From contig DASZVQ010000079.1 of the NCBI GenBank assembly GCA_035547275.1, positions 25,653 to 89,652 on the forward strand: DNA of 64,000 bases, written 5' to 3'. A program made the position numbers and the translations under genes. Positions 50,811 to 59,583 of the stretch are shown piece by piece. Under the pieces are notes generated by a model. The model searched no databases. It had not been told where the DNA came from and was given only the letters and a program-made list of their open reading frames with translations. Numbering within the stretch: the first letter of the stretch is position 1; each line of letters begins with the position of its first letter. The DNA comes from Rhizomicrobium sp. Its GTDB lineage: Bacteria; Pseudomonadota; Alphaproteobacteria; Micropepsales; Micropepsaceae.

Positions 50811-52106
50811 TCATTTTGCGGCGGTGACGCGCCAGATCGTGCCGCCCACGTCATCGGCCACCAGCAACGCGCCTTGTTTGTCGATGGCCAAACCAACGGG
50901 GCGGCCATGAGCGGTATCGCCATCGACAAACCCGGTCAGGATGTCCTGGGTGGTGCCGTTGGGCTTGCCATTGGCGAAGGGTACGAACACCACTTTGTAG
51001 CCATTCAGTTCGCTGCGGTCCCAGCTGCCATGCTCGCCGATAAAGGCGCCCCCCTGGTAAACGGCCGGCAGGCTGTTGCCGGTATAGAACACCAGTCCCA
51101 GCGGCGCGACATGGCTGGACAGCGCATAGTCCGGCGGGATCGCCTTGGCCACCAGGTCTGGCCGCTGAGGCATCACCCGCGGATCGATATGCTGGCCATA
51201 ATAGCTGTAAGGCCAGCCATAGAATGCGCCGTCCTTAATTGAAGTCATATAGTCGGGCACCAGATCGGGCCCCAACTCGTCGCGTTCGTTGATCACGGCC
51301 CACAGGGTATGGGTCTGCGGCTCGAAAGTCAGGCCATTGGGGTTGCGCAAGCCGGTGGCAAACAGGCGATGCGCGCCGGTGGCGCGGTCGATCTCCCAGA
51401 TCGCGGCGCGGTCCATCTCCGCACCGATGCCGTTTTCGGTGATGTTGCTGTTGGAGCCGACACCGGCATAGAGCTTGGCGCCGTCGGGGCTGGCGGTCAG
51501 GCTTTTGGTCCAGTGATGATCGATCGGGCCGCCCGGCAATGGAGTGAGCAGATTGCCCGGCGTGGTGATCTGCGTTTCACCGTCATGATAGGGATAGTGC
51601 ATCACACCGTCGGTATTGGCGACATAAAGATCGCTGCCCACCAGCACCACGCCAAAGGGCGAATTGAGATGATCCAGGAACACGCTCTGCATATCGGGTA
51701 CGCCGTCGCCATTGGTGTCGCGAAACAGCAGGATGCGGTTGCCGGCTTTCACGCTGGAATGGGCCTGCTTCTCGATCCAGTTCATGATGAATTCCTTGGG
51801 CCGGCTCACCGGACCCTGCGGACCATCGGTCTCCACCACCAGGACATCGCCATTGGGCAGCACGTAGAGCGAGCGCGGATTCTTCAAATTCCTGGCGAAG
51901 GCGGTCACTTTCAGGCCATCGGCCGCTCTGGGCGTGGCATCGCCCCAGCCGACATTCTTCACCACATGCATCGGCGGCAGTAGATACTGATGGATGTCGG
52001 GCAGATAGGGGTGAGCGCCAATCTGGCGCTTTGGATTGATGGGCGAGGGACCACAGGCCGCAAGCGTCAGCACGGTGGCGGCACAGAAGAGACCGGTCTT
52101 ATTCAC
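50811..52106 (-). CDS. Sorbosone dehydrogenase family (PQQ-dependent sugar dehydrogenase) lipoprotein
   Basis: Lipobox LAAC, HHWTK, VGSNSN, GLRNPNG, NERDELGPDLVPDY, EHGSWDR, GRPVG. Confidence 0.9.
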   Translation of the reverse strand: MNKTGLFCAATVLTLAACGPSPINPKRQIGAHPYLPDIHQYLLPPMHVVKNVGWGDATPRAADGLKVTAFARNLKNPRSLYVLPNGDVLVVETDGPQGPVSRPKEFIMNWIEKQAHSSVKAGNRILLFRDTNGDGVPDMQSVFLDHLNSPFGVVLVGSDLYVANTDGVMHYPYHDGETQITTPGNLLTPLPGGPIDHHWTKSLTASPDGAKLYAGVGSNSNITENGIGAEMDRAAIWEIDRATGAHRLFATGLRNPNGLTFEPQTHTLWAVINERDELGPDLVPDYMTSIKDGAFYGWPYSYYGQHIDPRVMPQRPDLVAKAIPPDYALSSHVAPLGLVFYTGNSLPAVYQGGAFIGEHGSWDRSELNGYKVVFVPFANGKPNGTTQDILTGFVDGDTAHGRPVGLAIDKQGALLVADDVGGTIWRVTAAK

Positions 52107-52557
52107 GACCGTTCTCCAGCACGCCGACGCGGTGGCGATAAACCATATCCCAGCCCATCCAGCCGGTAACCAGCAGGATCAAAACCGTCAGCACCGACAG
52201 GGTCAGGCCCGTGGGAACGACCGAGGTATAGGCATCGCGGCTGTGAATGAAGGCATTGAAGATTGCCAGCACCAGCGCGATGGCATTGCCAATGGCATGG
52301 ACCCAGACCGCGCGAAGATCGCGGATGCGCCGGTCGCCCAGGAAATCGATGAAGCCGGCGATGACCGCAAACAGGGCGATGATCAAGCCCACGGTCAGCA
52401 TCCAGGCCGACATATTGGCCCATTGCATGTTTGCGGTTTCGGCATAGGCGATATCGGTGATCAAGGTTCCCACGAAGCAGGCAATGGGAATGGGAACCAG
52501 CATTGGATGAAGCGGATGACCGGCGATGCGGGCCGTGGATCGCGGATTTGGGGACAT
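52099..52557 (-). CDS. DUF2231 membrane protein
   Basis: STARIAGHPLHPMLVPIPI, 4 TM, GWMGWDMVYRH.VGV. Confidence 0.85.
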   Translation of the reverse strand: MSPNPRSTARIAGHPLHPMLVPIPIACFVGTLITDIAYAETANMQWANMSAWMLTVGLIIALFAVIAGFIDFLGDRRIRDLRAVWVHAIGNAIALVLAIFNAFIHSRDAYTSVVPTGLTLSVLTVLILLVTGWMGWDMVYRHRVGVLENGRE

Positions 52558-52599
52558 GAGACCTTACCGTGCGGAAGGTGAAGGTGAATGTGCCTCGGA

Positions 52600-52625
52600 A
52601 ACGTGCGGTAACGCGCCACGGTTCC
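52600..52625 (-). promoter_or_regulatory. EcfG (sigmaT)-type promoter GGAAC-N17-CGTT
   Basis: Exact consensus match upstream of DUF2231. Confidence 0.8.
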
Positions 52626-52849
52626 AGAAGGCGCCCGACAGAAACATTATTGCCGGCTCGTAGGGTAACAGCGGTTAGGGCGCCGTCCTCGATCAATCGA
52701 TCGGCACTTGGCGCGCTGCCATGGTCGCCATGAGCCCGCGCCCTCCAAATTTCTTTGCCATGGACGGAAGCGAAAACGGCCCCTGCGCCGTTGCTGCCTC
52801 ACGAGGTTCATGCCGGCAATGAGGCCGGGCCTCAAGCGGAGCTCTCAAA

Positions 52850-53215
52850 ATGGCAGATGTCGCAAAGGACGAGACCACGTTTCTGATTTCGTCCGACAAG
52901 GTGGAAGGAACTTCGGTCTACAATACCGAAGGAGAAAAGCTGGGTACCATTTCGAACTTCATGGTCGATAAGGAGACCGGCCAAGTGGAGTATGCCGTGC
53001 TTCAGTTCGGCGGATTCCTGGGTATCGGCTCGGACTATTATCCGGTTCCGTGGGCGGCGCTCGAATATGACGAAGAACAGGGCGGCTATGTCATCGACGT
53101 CGACAAGGAATTCCTGGAGCGCGCTCCGCGTTATTCGCCCAACGAAGCGCCTCCCTTCACGCCAGCCTATGGCAGCGAAGTCGATGCGGCCTATGGCGTG
53201 GAATACGAGGCTTGA
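52850..53215 (+). CDS. PRC-barrel domain protein
   Basis: LISSDKVEGTSVYN..GEKLG.I...MVDKETGQVEYAVLQFGGFLGIG..YYPVPW. Confidence 0.9.
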   Translation: MADVAKDETTFLISSDKVEGTSVYNTEGEKLGTISNFMVDKETGQVEYAVLQFGGFLGIGSDYYPVPWAALEYDEEQGGYVIDVDKEFLERAPRYSPNEAPPFTPAYGSEVDAAYGVEYEA

Positions 53216-53297
53216 TCCTGGCGAAACGGACGATTCTGTATGCCCGGGCGCGCTGATTGCAGGCGCCGTTTCTGGGAAAATTGGACTGTTGTGATAG

Positions 53298-53331
53298 CCG
53301 AAGGGAAATGGCTCTTGCCATTTCCCTTCGG
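53298..53331. terminator. Perfect 15-bp hairpin between convergent genes
   Basis: CCGAAGGGAAATGGC-TCTT-GCCATTTCCCTTCGG. Confidence 0.6.
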
Positions 53332-53434
53332 TGTTGTCCGCAACCGATGGCTGGCGATTGCTTGCTCACGGCCCTTGACTGTGCCGTCTTTGGCGACCTT
53401 CAGCTTGCCTCTTGCGATGCATCGCCCGCTGACG

Positions 53435-53956
53435 TCAGGTTTTCAGCTTTGCCAGCATGGCAATATGCTGGCGTACCACCCGAGCAGTGGCGGCCGCGGC
53501 TTTTTTCAAGACGTCGTTATCACCGGCATTGGAATAGCCTTGCATCAGCTTGAGAGCGTCCTGATGGGCGGCTTCCTGTTGGCTGAGATACGTCTGGTCG
53601 AAGTCACTTCCTGTCGCTGAGTTGAGCTGATCAAGCATCTTTTGATGTTTGGTGTCGAGGTCCGAAGGCGGCGTAATGGACAGTCCCGATTTCGCGATTG
53701 CCGCCTTGAGTTTTTCCGTCGTCTCGGTATGCGCCATCACCATATGGCGCCCGAACGACTTCACGCCGGCCGAAACACCCTTGCGCTCCGCCAGCTTGCC
53801 TGCCTTTACCTCATACATGTCGCCAATGGCGGCTTGGGTGACAAATTCCTGCGCGGATGTCGGGCTTGGATTTGGGCTCGGGTCCTGCGCGAACAAGGGC
53901 GCCGCGGGCATGACAAAAAGAGCGGCGATGACGGGCAGAAGGGCGGACTGGCGCAT
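53435..53956 (-). CDS. DUF4142 (ferritin-like) exported protein
   Basis: Signal peptide, FVTQAAIGDMYEV..GKLA, FG..MV.AH, FDQTYL..Q..AH, H..M; GAGGGA RBS. Confidence 0.88.
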   Translation of the reverse strand: MRQSALLPVIAALFVMPAAPLFAQDPSPNPSPTSAQEFVTQAAIGDMYEVKAGKLAERKGVSAGVKSFGRHMVMAHTETTEKLKAAIAKSGLSITPPSDLDTKHQKMLDQLNSATGSDFDQTYLSQQEAAHQDALKLMQGYSNAGDNDVLKKAAAATARVVRQHIAMLAKLKT

Positions 53957-53985
53957 TGAGGTTCCCTCGCTTTGGTTAAGCTGAC

Positions 53986-54010
53986 AACGGCCTGCGAGCC
54001 TTATGGTTCG
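53986..54010 (-). promoter_or_regulatory. EcfG-type promoter CGAAC-N16-CGTT
   Basis: One mismatch to consensus, upstream of DUF4142. Confidence 0.65.
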
Positions 54011-54073
54011 ACCGCTTTTCGGTAGGAGGAAAAAATGTGCCTGGGCCGCCCGGCGCTTGTTGCAGCCAGAGGT

Positions 54074-54099
54074 GGAACTTTCCGCGAATGATTCCTGTT
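54074..54099 (+). promoter_or_regulatory. EcfG-type promoter GGAAC-N17-TGTT
   Basis: Upstream of DUF72-topoisomerase IB. Confidence 0.65.
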
Positions 54100-54176
54100 G
54101 CTGGCGGGTGGTTGAAAGGACACGCATATGAACTTGGAGCCCGGCGGCGAACCCCGTTTCAAACAGGGCGTGTGAC

Positions 54177-55031
54177 ATGACGGGAAGGGTCCGCATCGGC
54201 ATTTCCGGTTGGCGCTATGCGCCTTGGCGCGGGAAGTTCTATCCCGAAGAATTGCGGCAGGCTGATGAGCTTGCCTTCGCCGCCGGCAGGTTTTCCACCA
54301 TCGAGATCAACGGCACGTTCTATTCCCTGCAACGGCCGCAATCTTTTGAACGCTGGCGCGACGCCACGCCCAAGGGCTTCGTCTTCGCGATCAAGGGCGC
54401 GCGCTTCATCACCCATATGAAAAGGCTTAAGGAGGTCAAGGCGCCCCTGGCCAATTTCTTTGCATCGGGACCCCTGGCCCTGAAAGAGAAGTTCGGGCCG
54501 GTACTCTGGCAGCTGCCACCCAGCTTCGCCTTCGATCCCGAACGCCTCGCCCGATTCTTCAACGAGCTGCCGCGCACGACCCGCGAGGCCGCCCGGCTGG
54601 CAAAGCGGCATGACGCCCGGCTGAATGGGCGCAGCTTTGTCACCGCCGATGCCGACCGGCCGATCCGCCACGCGCTGGAGATCCGGCACGAGTCGTTCCG
54701 CGATCCGGCCTTCATCGAACTGCTGCGCGAGCACCGCATCGGCCTGGTGGTGGCCGATACGGTGGCGTGGCCGCTACTGATGGATGTCACCGCCGATTTT
54801 GTTTATGTCCGTCTGCACGGCTCTCAACAGCTTTACGCCAGCGGCTACGGGCCAAAAGCGCTCGCGCAATGGACCAGGCGCATTCGGGCCTGGAGGCGGG
54901 GCGTCGAGGCGGAAGGCGCCCATGCCGGACCGCCGGCGCCCAAACGCCCGCGTGACGTCTATGTCTATTTTGACAATGACGCCAAAGTCCGCGCGCCCTT
55001 CGATGCATTGGCTTTGGCCGCGCTGGTTTAG
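54177..55031 (+). CDS. DUF72 family protein
   Basis: RIGISGWRY..WRGKFYP, IEINGTFY, LWQLPP, ALEIRH, YVRLHG, YVYFDND. Confidence 0.9.
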   Translation: MTGRVRIGISGWRYAPWRGKFYPEELRQADELAFAAGRFSTIEINGTFYSLQRPQSFERWRDATPKGFVFAIKGARFITHMKRLKEVKAPLANFFASGPLALKEKFGPVLWQLPPSFAFDPERLARFFNELPRTTREAARLAKRHDARLNGRSFVTADADRPIRHALEIRHESFRDPAFIELLREHRIGLVVADTVAWPLLMDVTADFVYVRLHGSQQLYASGYGPKALAQWTRRIRAWRRGVEAEGAHAGPPAPKRPRDVYVYFDNDAKVRAPFDALALAALV

Positions 55032-55050
55032 GAGAGAGGATTTCCAGAGC

Positions 55051-56064
55051 ATGGTGAATGACGCCGGCGAGACGGCCGACAGGGCGGGACTATACTATGT
55101 CAGCGACGACATGCCGGGTATAACCAGGCTCGGCAGCCCCAAGCACTTCCGGTATCGGGATGCGCGCGGCCGGCCAGTCAACAATCCCAGGACATTGGAT
55201 CGCATCCGCAAGCTTGCCATTCCACCAGCCTGGGGGGATGTCTGGATCGCGCCCGATGCCAAGGCGCATCTCCAGGTCACCGGACGGGACGCGAAGGGGC
55301 GCAAGCAATACCGCTATCATCCGGACTTCATTGCCATCCGTGACAGTGTCAAATATGCCCATTTGGTGGAATTCGCCCAGGCGTTGCCGGCTTTGCGCAA
55401 ACGGCTGAAGGCGGATCTGCGATTGAAGGGCCTGCCGCGGGAAAAGGTGATGGCTGCGATCGTCACACTGCTGGAGGAAACCCTCATACGGGTGGGCAAC
55501 GAGGATTACGCGCGCACCAATGCAAGTTTCGGCCTGACAACATTGCGCAACCGGCATGTCCAGATCAAAGGCCGGCTGCTCCAATTTCAGTTCAAAGGCA
55601 AAAGCGGCAAATATTGGGATCTGTCGATCCACGACCGCAAGGTGGCGAAAGTCGTGGCGTCCTGCCAGGATCTGCCGGGTCAGCACCTCTTTGAATATCG
55701 CGACTCTGATGGAAAGGTGCGTGCCATTTCCTCGACGGATGTAAACGGCTATTTGCGCGAAATCACCCGCCGCGACATAACCGCAAAGGATTTCAGAACC
55801 TGGGCGGGAACGGTAAAAGCGGCGGTCGGGCTGGCCGGTATAAAGGACCTGCCGACCCGGAATCTTGTGCGCGACGTGGTCGCCGCGGTTGCCGAGGAAC
55901 TGGGCAATACGGTCGCCATTTGTCGGCGCTGCTATATCCATCCCTTTGTCATTGCGGAATTCGAGGCGGGCCGCTTGCGGCTTCGCATTCCGCAAAAGGG
56001 CCGCGCGGGCCTTTCACCGCAAGAGCGCGCGGTCCTGGCATTTTTGCGCAAGGCCGGGCCGTGA
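55051..56064 (+). CDS. Bacterial type IB DNA topoisomerase
   Basis: LAIPPAWGDVWI, GRDAKGRKQYRYH, RVGNEDY, FKGKSGK, TAKDFRTW, LGNT..ICRRCYIHP (catalytic Tyr). Confidence 0.93.
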   Translation: MVNDAGETADRAGLYYVSDDMPGITRLGSPKHFRYRDARGRPVNNPRTLDRIRKLAIPPAWGDVWIAPDAKAHLQVTGRDAKGRKQYRYHPDFIAIRDSVKYAHLVEFAQALPALRKRLKADLRLKGLPREKVMAAIVTLLEETLIRVGNEDYARTNASFGLTTLRNRHVQIKGRLLQFQFKGKSGKYWDLSIHDRKVAKVVASCQDLPGQHLFEYRDSDGKVRAISSTDVNGYLREITRRDITAKDFRTWAGTVKAAVGLAGIKDLPTRNLVRDVVAAVAEELGNTVAICRRCYIHPFVIAEFEAGRLRLRIPQKGRAGLSPQERAVLAFLRKAGP

Positions 56065-56071
56065 GTTCCGC

Positions 56072-56701
56072 TCAACTGCTCGCCTTGCGGATTTTGGCAT
56101 AAAGCTTCTCTTCCGCGTCGCGCCAGCGCTGGCGTTCTGCCTCCAGGCGCTTGTCCAGATCTTGGCGCTCTTTCTCCAGCCGGGCGAGATTCTCCTCATG
56201 ACGCGCGCGGGCGCGGTGGAGCGCCAGCTCGGCCTTTGCCACCGCCTTTTGACGGTGCTCATCTTCGCGCTCTGCGGCCGCCTGTTCCCTGGCGCGCTCA
56301 TTTTCCTCGCGGCGGCGCTCTTTTTCGCGCCTGGCCTTGGCTTCTTCGAACTTGATGATGGCCGCTTTATCTGCCGCCGGATCATTCCGCTGGACTGTTT
56401 TTTTCCGGACGGCCCGTTTCTCCGGCCGCTTCTGCTTTGGCGCATGGATGGGCAGGCTCTTGGGCAGGTCGGCCTGTTCGCGGAAGGGATTTTGCGTGCC
56501 GACCGCTCGGCGCAGGACCACGCCTGGCTTTTCCATCGCCGCCGCGATCGTATCTGGATCGGTCGTTTCCTCGGCCAGGCCCTGATGAAACAGGTTCCGG
56601 GAAATTCCCCAAGCCTCCAGGGCCGCTTTCATGCTGGGGGCGGCAACGGCCAGGTCAAAAAAGCCCAGAGAAGTGGTGAAGGTTTTGAGCTTGCGCGCCA
56701 T
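56072..56701 (-). CDS. Conserved hypothetical protein with charged coiled-coil C-terminus (often labelled TolA-like)
   Basis: MARKLKTFTTSLGFFDLAVAAPSMKAALEAWG..NLFHQG N-domain followed by E/K/R-rich helix. Confidence 0.75.
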   Translation of the reverse strand: MARKLKTFTTSLGFFDLAVAAPSMKAALEAWGISRNLFHQGLAEETTDPDTIAAAMEKPGVVLRRAVGTQNPFREQADLPKSLPIHAPKQKRPEKRAVRKKTVQRNDPAADKAAIIKFEEAKARREKERRREENERAREQAAAEREDEHRQKAVAKAELALHRARARHEENLARLEKERQDLDKRLEAERQRWRDAEEKLYAKIRKASS

Positions 56702-56807
56702 GGCGAAGGAAACGCGCCAACTCATCCGGCGCGGCCCATGATAAGGATTCGGCGTGGTACCGCCGGCGTTTTCCGCTTCATGAAACGGTCCGCGCGGTCG
56801 GTGCTGT

Positions 56808-56835
56808 GGAACGGGCGGACACTTTGTTTCGTTCC
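56808..56835. promoter_or_regulatory. Bidirectional EcfG-type promoter GGAACG-N16-CGTTCC
   Basis: Reads GGAAC-N17-CGTT on both strands, between two divergent genes. Confidence 0.75.
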
Positions 56836-56860
56836 GATAGCGCGTAAGAACTGGTCCCGA

Positions 56861-57781
56861 ATGTTCACCTATACAGCCCCGCGCGTGCCTTGGCGCAGCC
56901 TGCTGGAACACGCAGCCGGGCCGCTGTTGCTTCCTGCCGCCCATGATGCCCTGACAGCCAAAATCATCGAACGTGCCGGCTTTCGCGCCTATCAGGTGGG
57001 AGGGTTCGCCCTGACCGGCGCCAGGCATGGATTTCCCGATATCGATTTGACTCACTATGGCGAGCAGGCGGCAGGCGTACATGACATCGTCACCAACTGC
57101 TCCCTGCCGGTTCTGGTGGATGCCGATGATTGTTATGGGGACGTCAAGAACGTCACGCGGGTGATCCAGGGCTATGAATTCCTGGGCGCGTCGGCGATCT
57201 TCTTCGAGGATCAGAAATCCCCCAAGAAATGTGGTCATATGGCCGGCAAGGAAGTCATATCGGCAAAGGACATGGCGGCGAAGGTGCGCGCTGCGATTGC
57301 GGCCCGCCGCGACCATAATACCTTCATCATCGCGCGCACCGATGCGATTGCGGTCGGAGGAATGACGGACGCCCTGCGCCGGGCTGAGCTCTATCTCGAG
57401 AGCGGCGCTGACGGGCTTTTTGTCGAGGGTCCGACCAGCATTGCCGAGCTTGAATTGGTCGCCAAGACATTCAGGGATGTTCCCAAAATCGCCAACATGC
57501 TGGAAGGCGGCGGCCGGACGCCGATCTTGAAGCCCAGTCAGCTTCACGGCATGGGCTTTCAGATGGTGACTTATCCGACCACCATTCTGTTCCGTGCCGC
57601 CAAGGCGATAGAGCAGGCGGCACAGGCGTTGCTGAACGAGCAGCCGATGTCATCGGCGGACGGGATCGACATGGCGCATTTCGAGGAAATTGTCGGCTTG
57701 CCGAATTGGAAGCGGATCGAAGAAAATCTCGGGCCGAGCCCCGGCCTTATCACCAGGATCGCGGAGAAAGTTCGCACCTAG
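56861..57781 (+). CDS. Isocitrate lyase/PEP mutase family enzyme
   Basis: HDALTAK, PVLVDAD..YG, FEDQ..PKKCGH, IIARTDA. Confidence 0.88.
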   Translation: MFTYTAPRVPWRSLLEHAAGPLLLPAAHDALTAKIIERAGFRAYQVGGFALTGARHGFPDIDLTHYGEQAAGVHDIVTNCSLPVLVDADDCYGDVKNVTRVIQGYEFLGASAIFFEDQKSPKKCGHMAGKEVISAKDMAAKVRAAIAARRDHNTFIIARTDAIAVGGMTDALRRAELYLESGADGLFVEGPTSIAELELVAKTFRDVPKIANMLEGGGRTPILKPSQLHGMGFQMVTYPTTILFRAAKAIEQAAQALLNEQPMSSADGIDMAHFEEIVGLPNWKRIEENLGPSPGLITRIAEKVRT

Positions 57782-57793
57782 ACCCGCGGCCGG

Positions 57794-57818
57794 GGAACAA
57801 GCCGGCTTGGCTTGCGTT
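57794..57818 (+). promoter_or_regulatory. EcfG-type promoter GGAAC-N16-CGTT
   Basis: Exact consensus upstream of the hemerythrin gene. Confidence 0.8.
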
Positions 57819-57847
57819 GCTTTTCCGCAATTATCTCAGGACCTCTC

Positions 57848-58360
57848 ATGAAAAAGCTCGACGCCATCGCCCTGCTCAAGGCCGATCATCGCAAGGTCGA
57901 AGACCTGTTCGAAAAGTACGAAACCGCACGCGGCCGGAAGGCTGAAATCGCCAAGCAGATTTGCATGGAGCTGACCATTCATACCCTTATCGAGGAGGAA
58001 ATCTTTTATCCGGCATGTCGGGAAGCGGGGGTGGAAAGCGATATGCTCGACGAGGCCAATGTCGAACATGACGGCGCCAAGGTCCTGATCGCCGAATTGG
58101 AAAATGGCTCCCCGGAAGATGAGTTCTATGATGCCAAGGTCACGGTCCTTTCGGAAGAGATCAAGCATCATGTGAAGGAAGAAGAAAAACGCGGAGGCAT
58201 TTTCACCGGCGCCCGGGAAGCCGACCTTGATCTCGACGGACTGGGCGAGCAGCTCGCATCACGCAAGAAAGAATTACAGGCCCAATTCGAAAAAGGTTTG
58301 CCGGCGCCGGTGACCATCACCATGACCGCACCGCCACTCGAACAGCGTCCATCGGCCTGA
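57848..58360 (+). CDS. Hemerythrin (HHE) domain protein
   Basis: LLKADHRKV, ELTIHT.IEEEIFYP, EANVEH, HHVKEEE. Confidence 0.9.
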   Translation: MKKLDAIALLKADHRKVEDLFEKYETARGRKAEIAKQICMELTIHTLIEEEIFYPACREAGVESDMLDEANVEHDGAKVLIAELENGSPEDEFYDAKVTVLSEEIKHHVKEEEKRGGIFTGAREADLDLDGLGEQLASRKKELQAQFEKGLPAPVTITMTAPPLEQRPSA

Positions 58361-58379
58361 TGGCTTCGCAGGAGCTCGG

Positions 58380-59321
58380 CTAGATCTTCTTCCTGTCTTG
58401 GTTGGTGGTGGTTTGGGCCGAGCGTTCGGCCTCCTTCGTGCCGGGCACAAGCCCCTTCTTTTCCACATGCGCGACAAAGGCATTTACCCAGTTTTCAAAC
58501 GTCGCCATTCCCTGTTCATGGACCATGTCTTCCACCTGATCGTCGGCATAGGGTTTGCCGGCGCCGAACACGGTACATTTCCATAGAGCATCGGGAACCT
58601 CGATGTCGCTGTAGCGGCACTGCCAGACCAGCCCCTGATAGGCGAGGCGCTCATCGCTGCCGCGCATCGGATGATCCTTGGCATTGAACCATTCCGGATG
58701 GTCCAGGTGCCGGGGCATGCCGTTGCCATCTTCCTCATTGGCGCCATCGTCGCCATAGCAAAAGAAAGCCGCGGTGCGACCGGAAAGGTGATTCTTGCTG
58801 ATTTCGCGCCACAGTGACGAGCGTTCCAGCGCCTGGGCTTTCAGCGTGTCTTTCTTGTCGATCAGGTCGGGGCGGGGGTTGCCGCCATTCATGCATACCA
58901 GCCGGTCGAACAGCAGCTTGATATTGCTGGATGGGGCATACCAGTTGACCGGACCGATAATGGCCCAGGCATCGGCGCGGGCCAATCGGCGATACAGATC
59001 CAGGTTCCACAACAGGTCCGGCTGACTGTCGCTCTGGGGACCATAACAATTGCAAGGCCACACACACAGCGCCATGGAGGAAGACACACAGGCATTGCAG
59101 CTCTGGATCTTGGGCTTGCCATGCTCATTGCCGATGTCCTCGGTATCGACCTGCCAGCCGGCGGGTATCATCGCCGCCATGCGCAGCATCAAGGCGCGCG
59201 CTTTCGAATCGAGACCGGGACAGGAATTGAGCCGCCGCTGCGATCCCGCGATCAGCAGCACGCGCAACGGACGCTCTTCTTGAGGAGCGATAGGACTTTT
59301 GTGGACCTGGTCATCGGGCAT
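58380..59321 (-). CDS. Flavodoxin-like / iron-sulfur flavoprotein (NADPH-dependent FMN reductase family)
   Basis: VLLIAGS.R..SCPG..SK, Cys cluster CNACVS....CVWPCNCY, PVNWYAPSS..KLLFDRL. Confidence 0.8.
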   Translation of the reverse strand: MPDDQVHKSPIAPQEERPLRVLLIAGSQRRLNSCPGLDSKARALMLRMAAMIPAGWQVDTEDIGNEHGKPKIQSCNACVSSSMALCVWPCNCYGPQSDSQPDLLWNLDLYRRLARADAWAIIGPVNWYAPSSNIKLLFDRLVCMNGGNPRPDLIDKKDTLKAQALERSSLWREISKNHLSGRTAAFFCYGDDGANEEDGNGMPRHLDHPEWFNAKDHPMRGSDERLAYQGLVWQCRYSDIEVPDALWKCTVFGAGKPYADDQVEDMVHEQGMATFENWVNAFVAHVEKKGLVPGTKEAERSAQTTTNQDRKKI

Positions 59322-59330
59322 GCAAGGCTG

Positions 59331-59381
59331 AACGAGCCGGAACTCGGCAGGTTCCTGGAACCGGGCTGCGCAGGCGGGGTT
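59331..59381. promoter_or_regulatory. Back-to-back EcfG-type promoters
   Basis: Minus strand GGAAC-N16-CGTT (59355-59331); plus strand GGAAC-N16-GGTT (59357-59381). Confidence 0.75.
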
Positions 59382-59410
59382 CTCTTGTCAGGCTTCTTCC
59401 GGAGAATTCG

Positions 59411-59578
59411 ATGAAAGACAAGCAGCTGGACGACAAGCTCGATCCCAAGGCCAAGGGCAAAAAGACCGCCGCTTCGGACTTCGACCGCAATCGCGACGGT
59501 CTTTATGGCGGCCTGCCCAAGGCGCGCGATACTCATGCGCCCGGACCGGCCGCCAAGCACCCGCATCCCGATCGCTGA
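59411..59578 (+). CDS. Small hydrophilic protein (55 aa), absent from the ORF track
   Basis: GGAGA RBS; MKDKQLDDKLDPKAKGKKTAASDFDRNRDGLYGGLPKARDTHAPGPAAKHPHPDR*; GC3-rich codons; stop 5 nt before the next ATG. Confidence 0.65.
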   Translation: MKDKQLDDKLDPKAKGKKTAASDFDRNRDGLYGGLPKARDTHAPGPAAKHPHPDR

Positions 59579-59583
59579 TCCGC

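Noticed and set aside
52766-52792. EcfG promoter for the PRC-barrel gene (GGAAG-N18-CGTT)
   Set aside because: Both the -35 and the spacing deviate from consensus; too weak to call.
53298-53331. Hairpin as a REP, MITE or CRISPR repeat
   Set aside because: Single copy between convergent genes; a terminator is the simpler explanation.
55051-56064. Topoisomerase IB as a phage integrase or mobile element marker
   Set aside because: The motifs fit bacterial TopIB; no att sites, tRNA, transposase or phage genes were seen in the window.
55865-57781. Two long overlapping opposite-strand ORFs (638 aa on +, 491 aa on -)
   Set aside because: Each is an upstream open-frame extension of a shorter real gene (starts at 56861 on + and 56701 on -), with a promoter between them.
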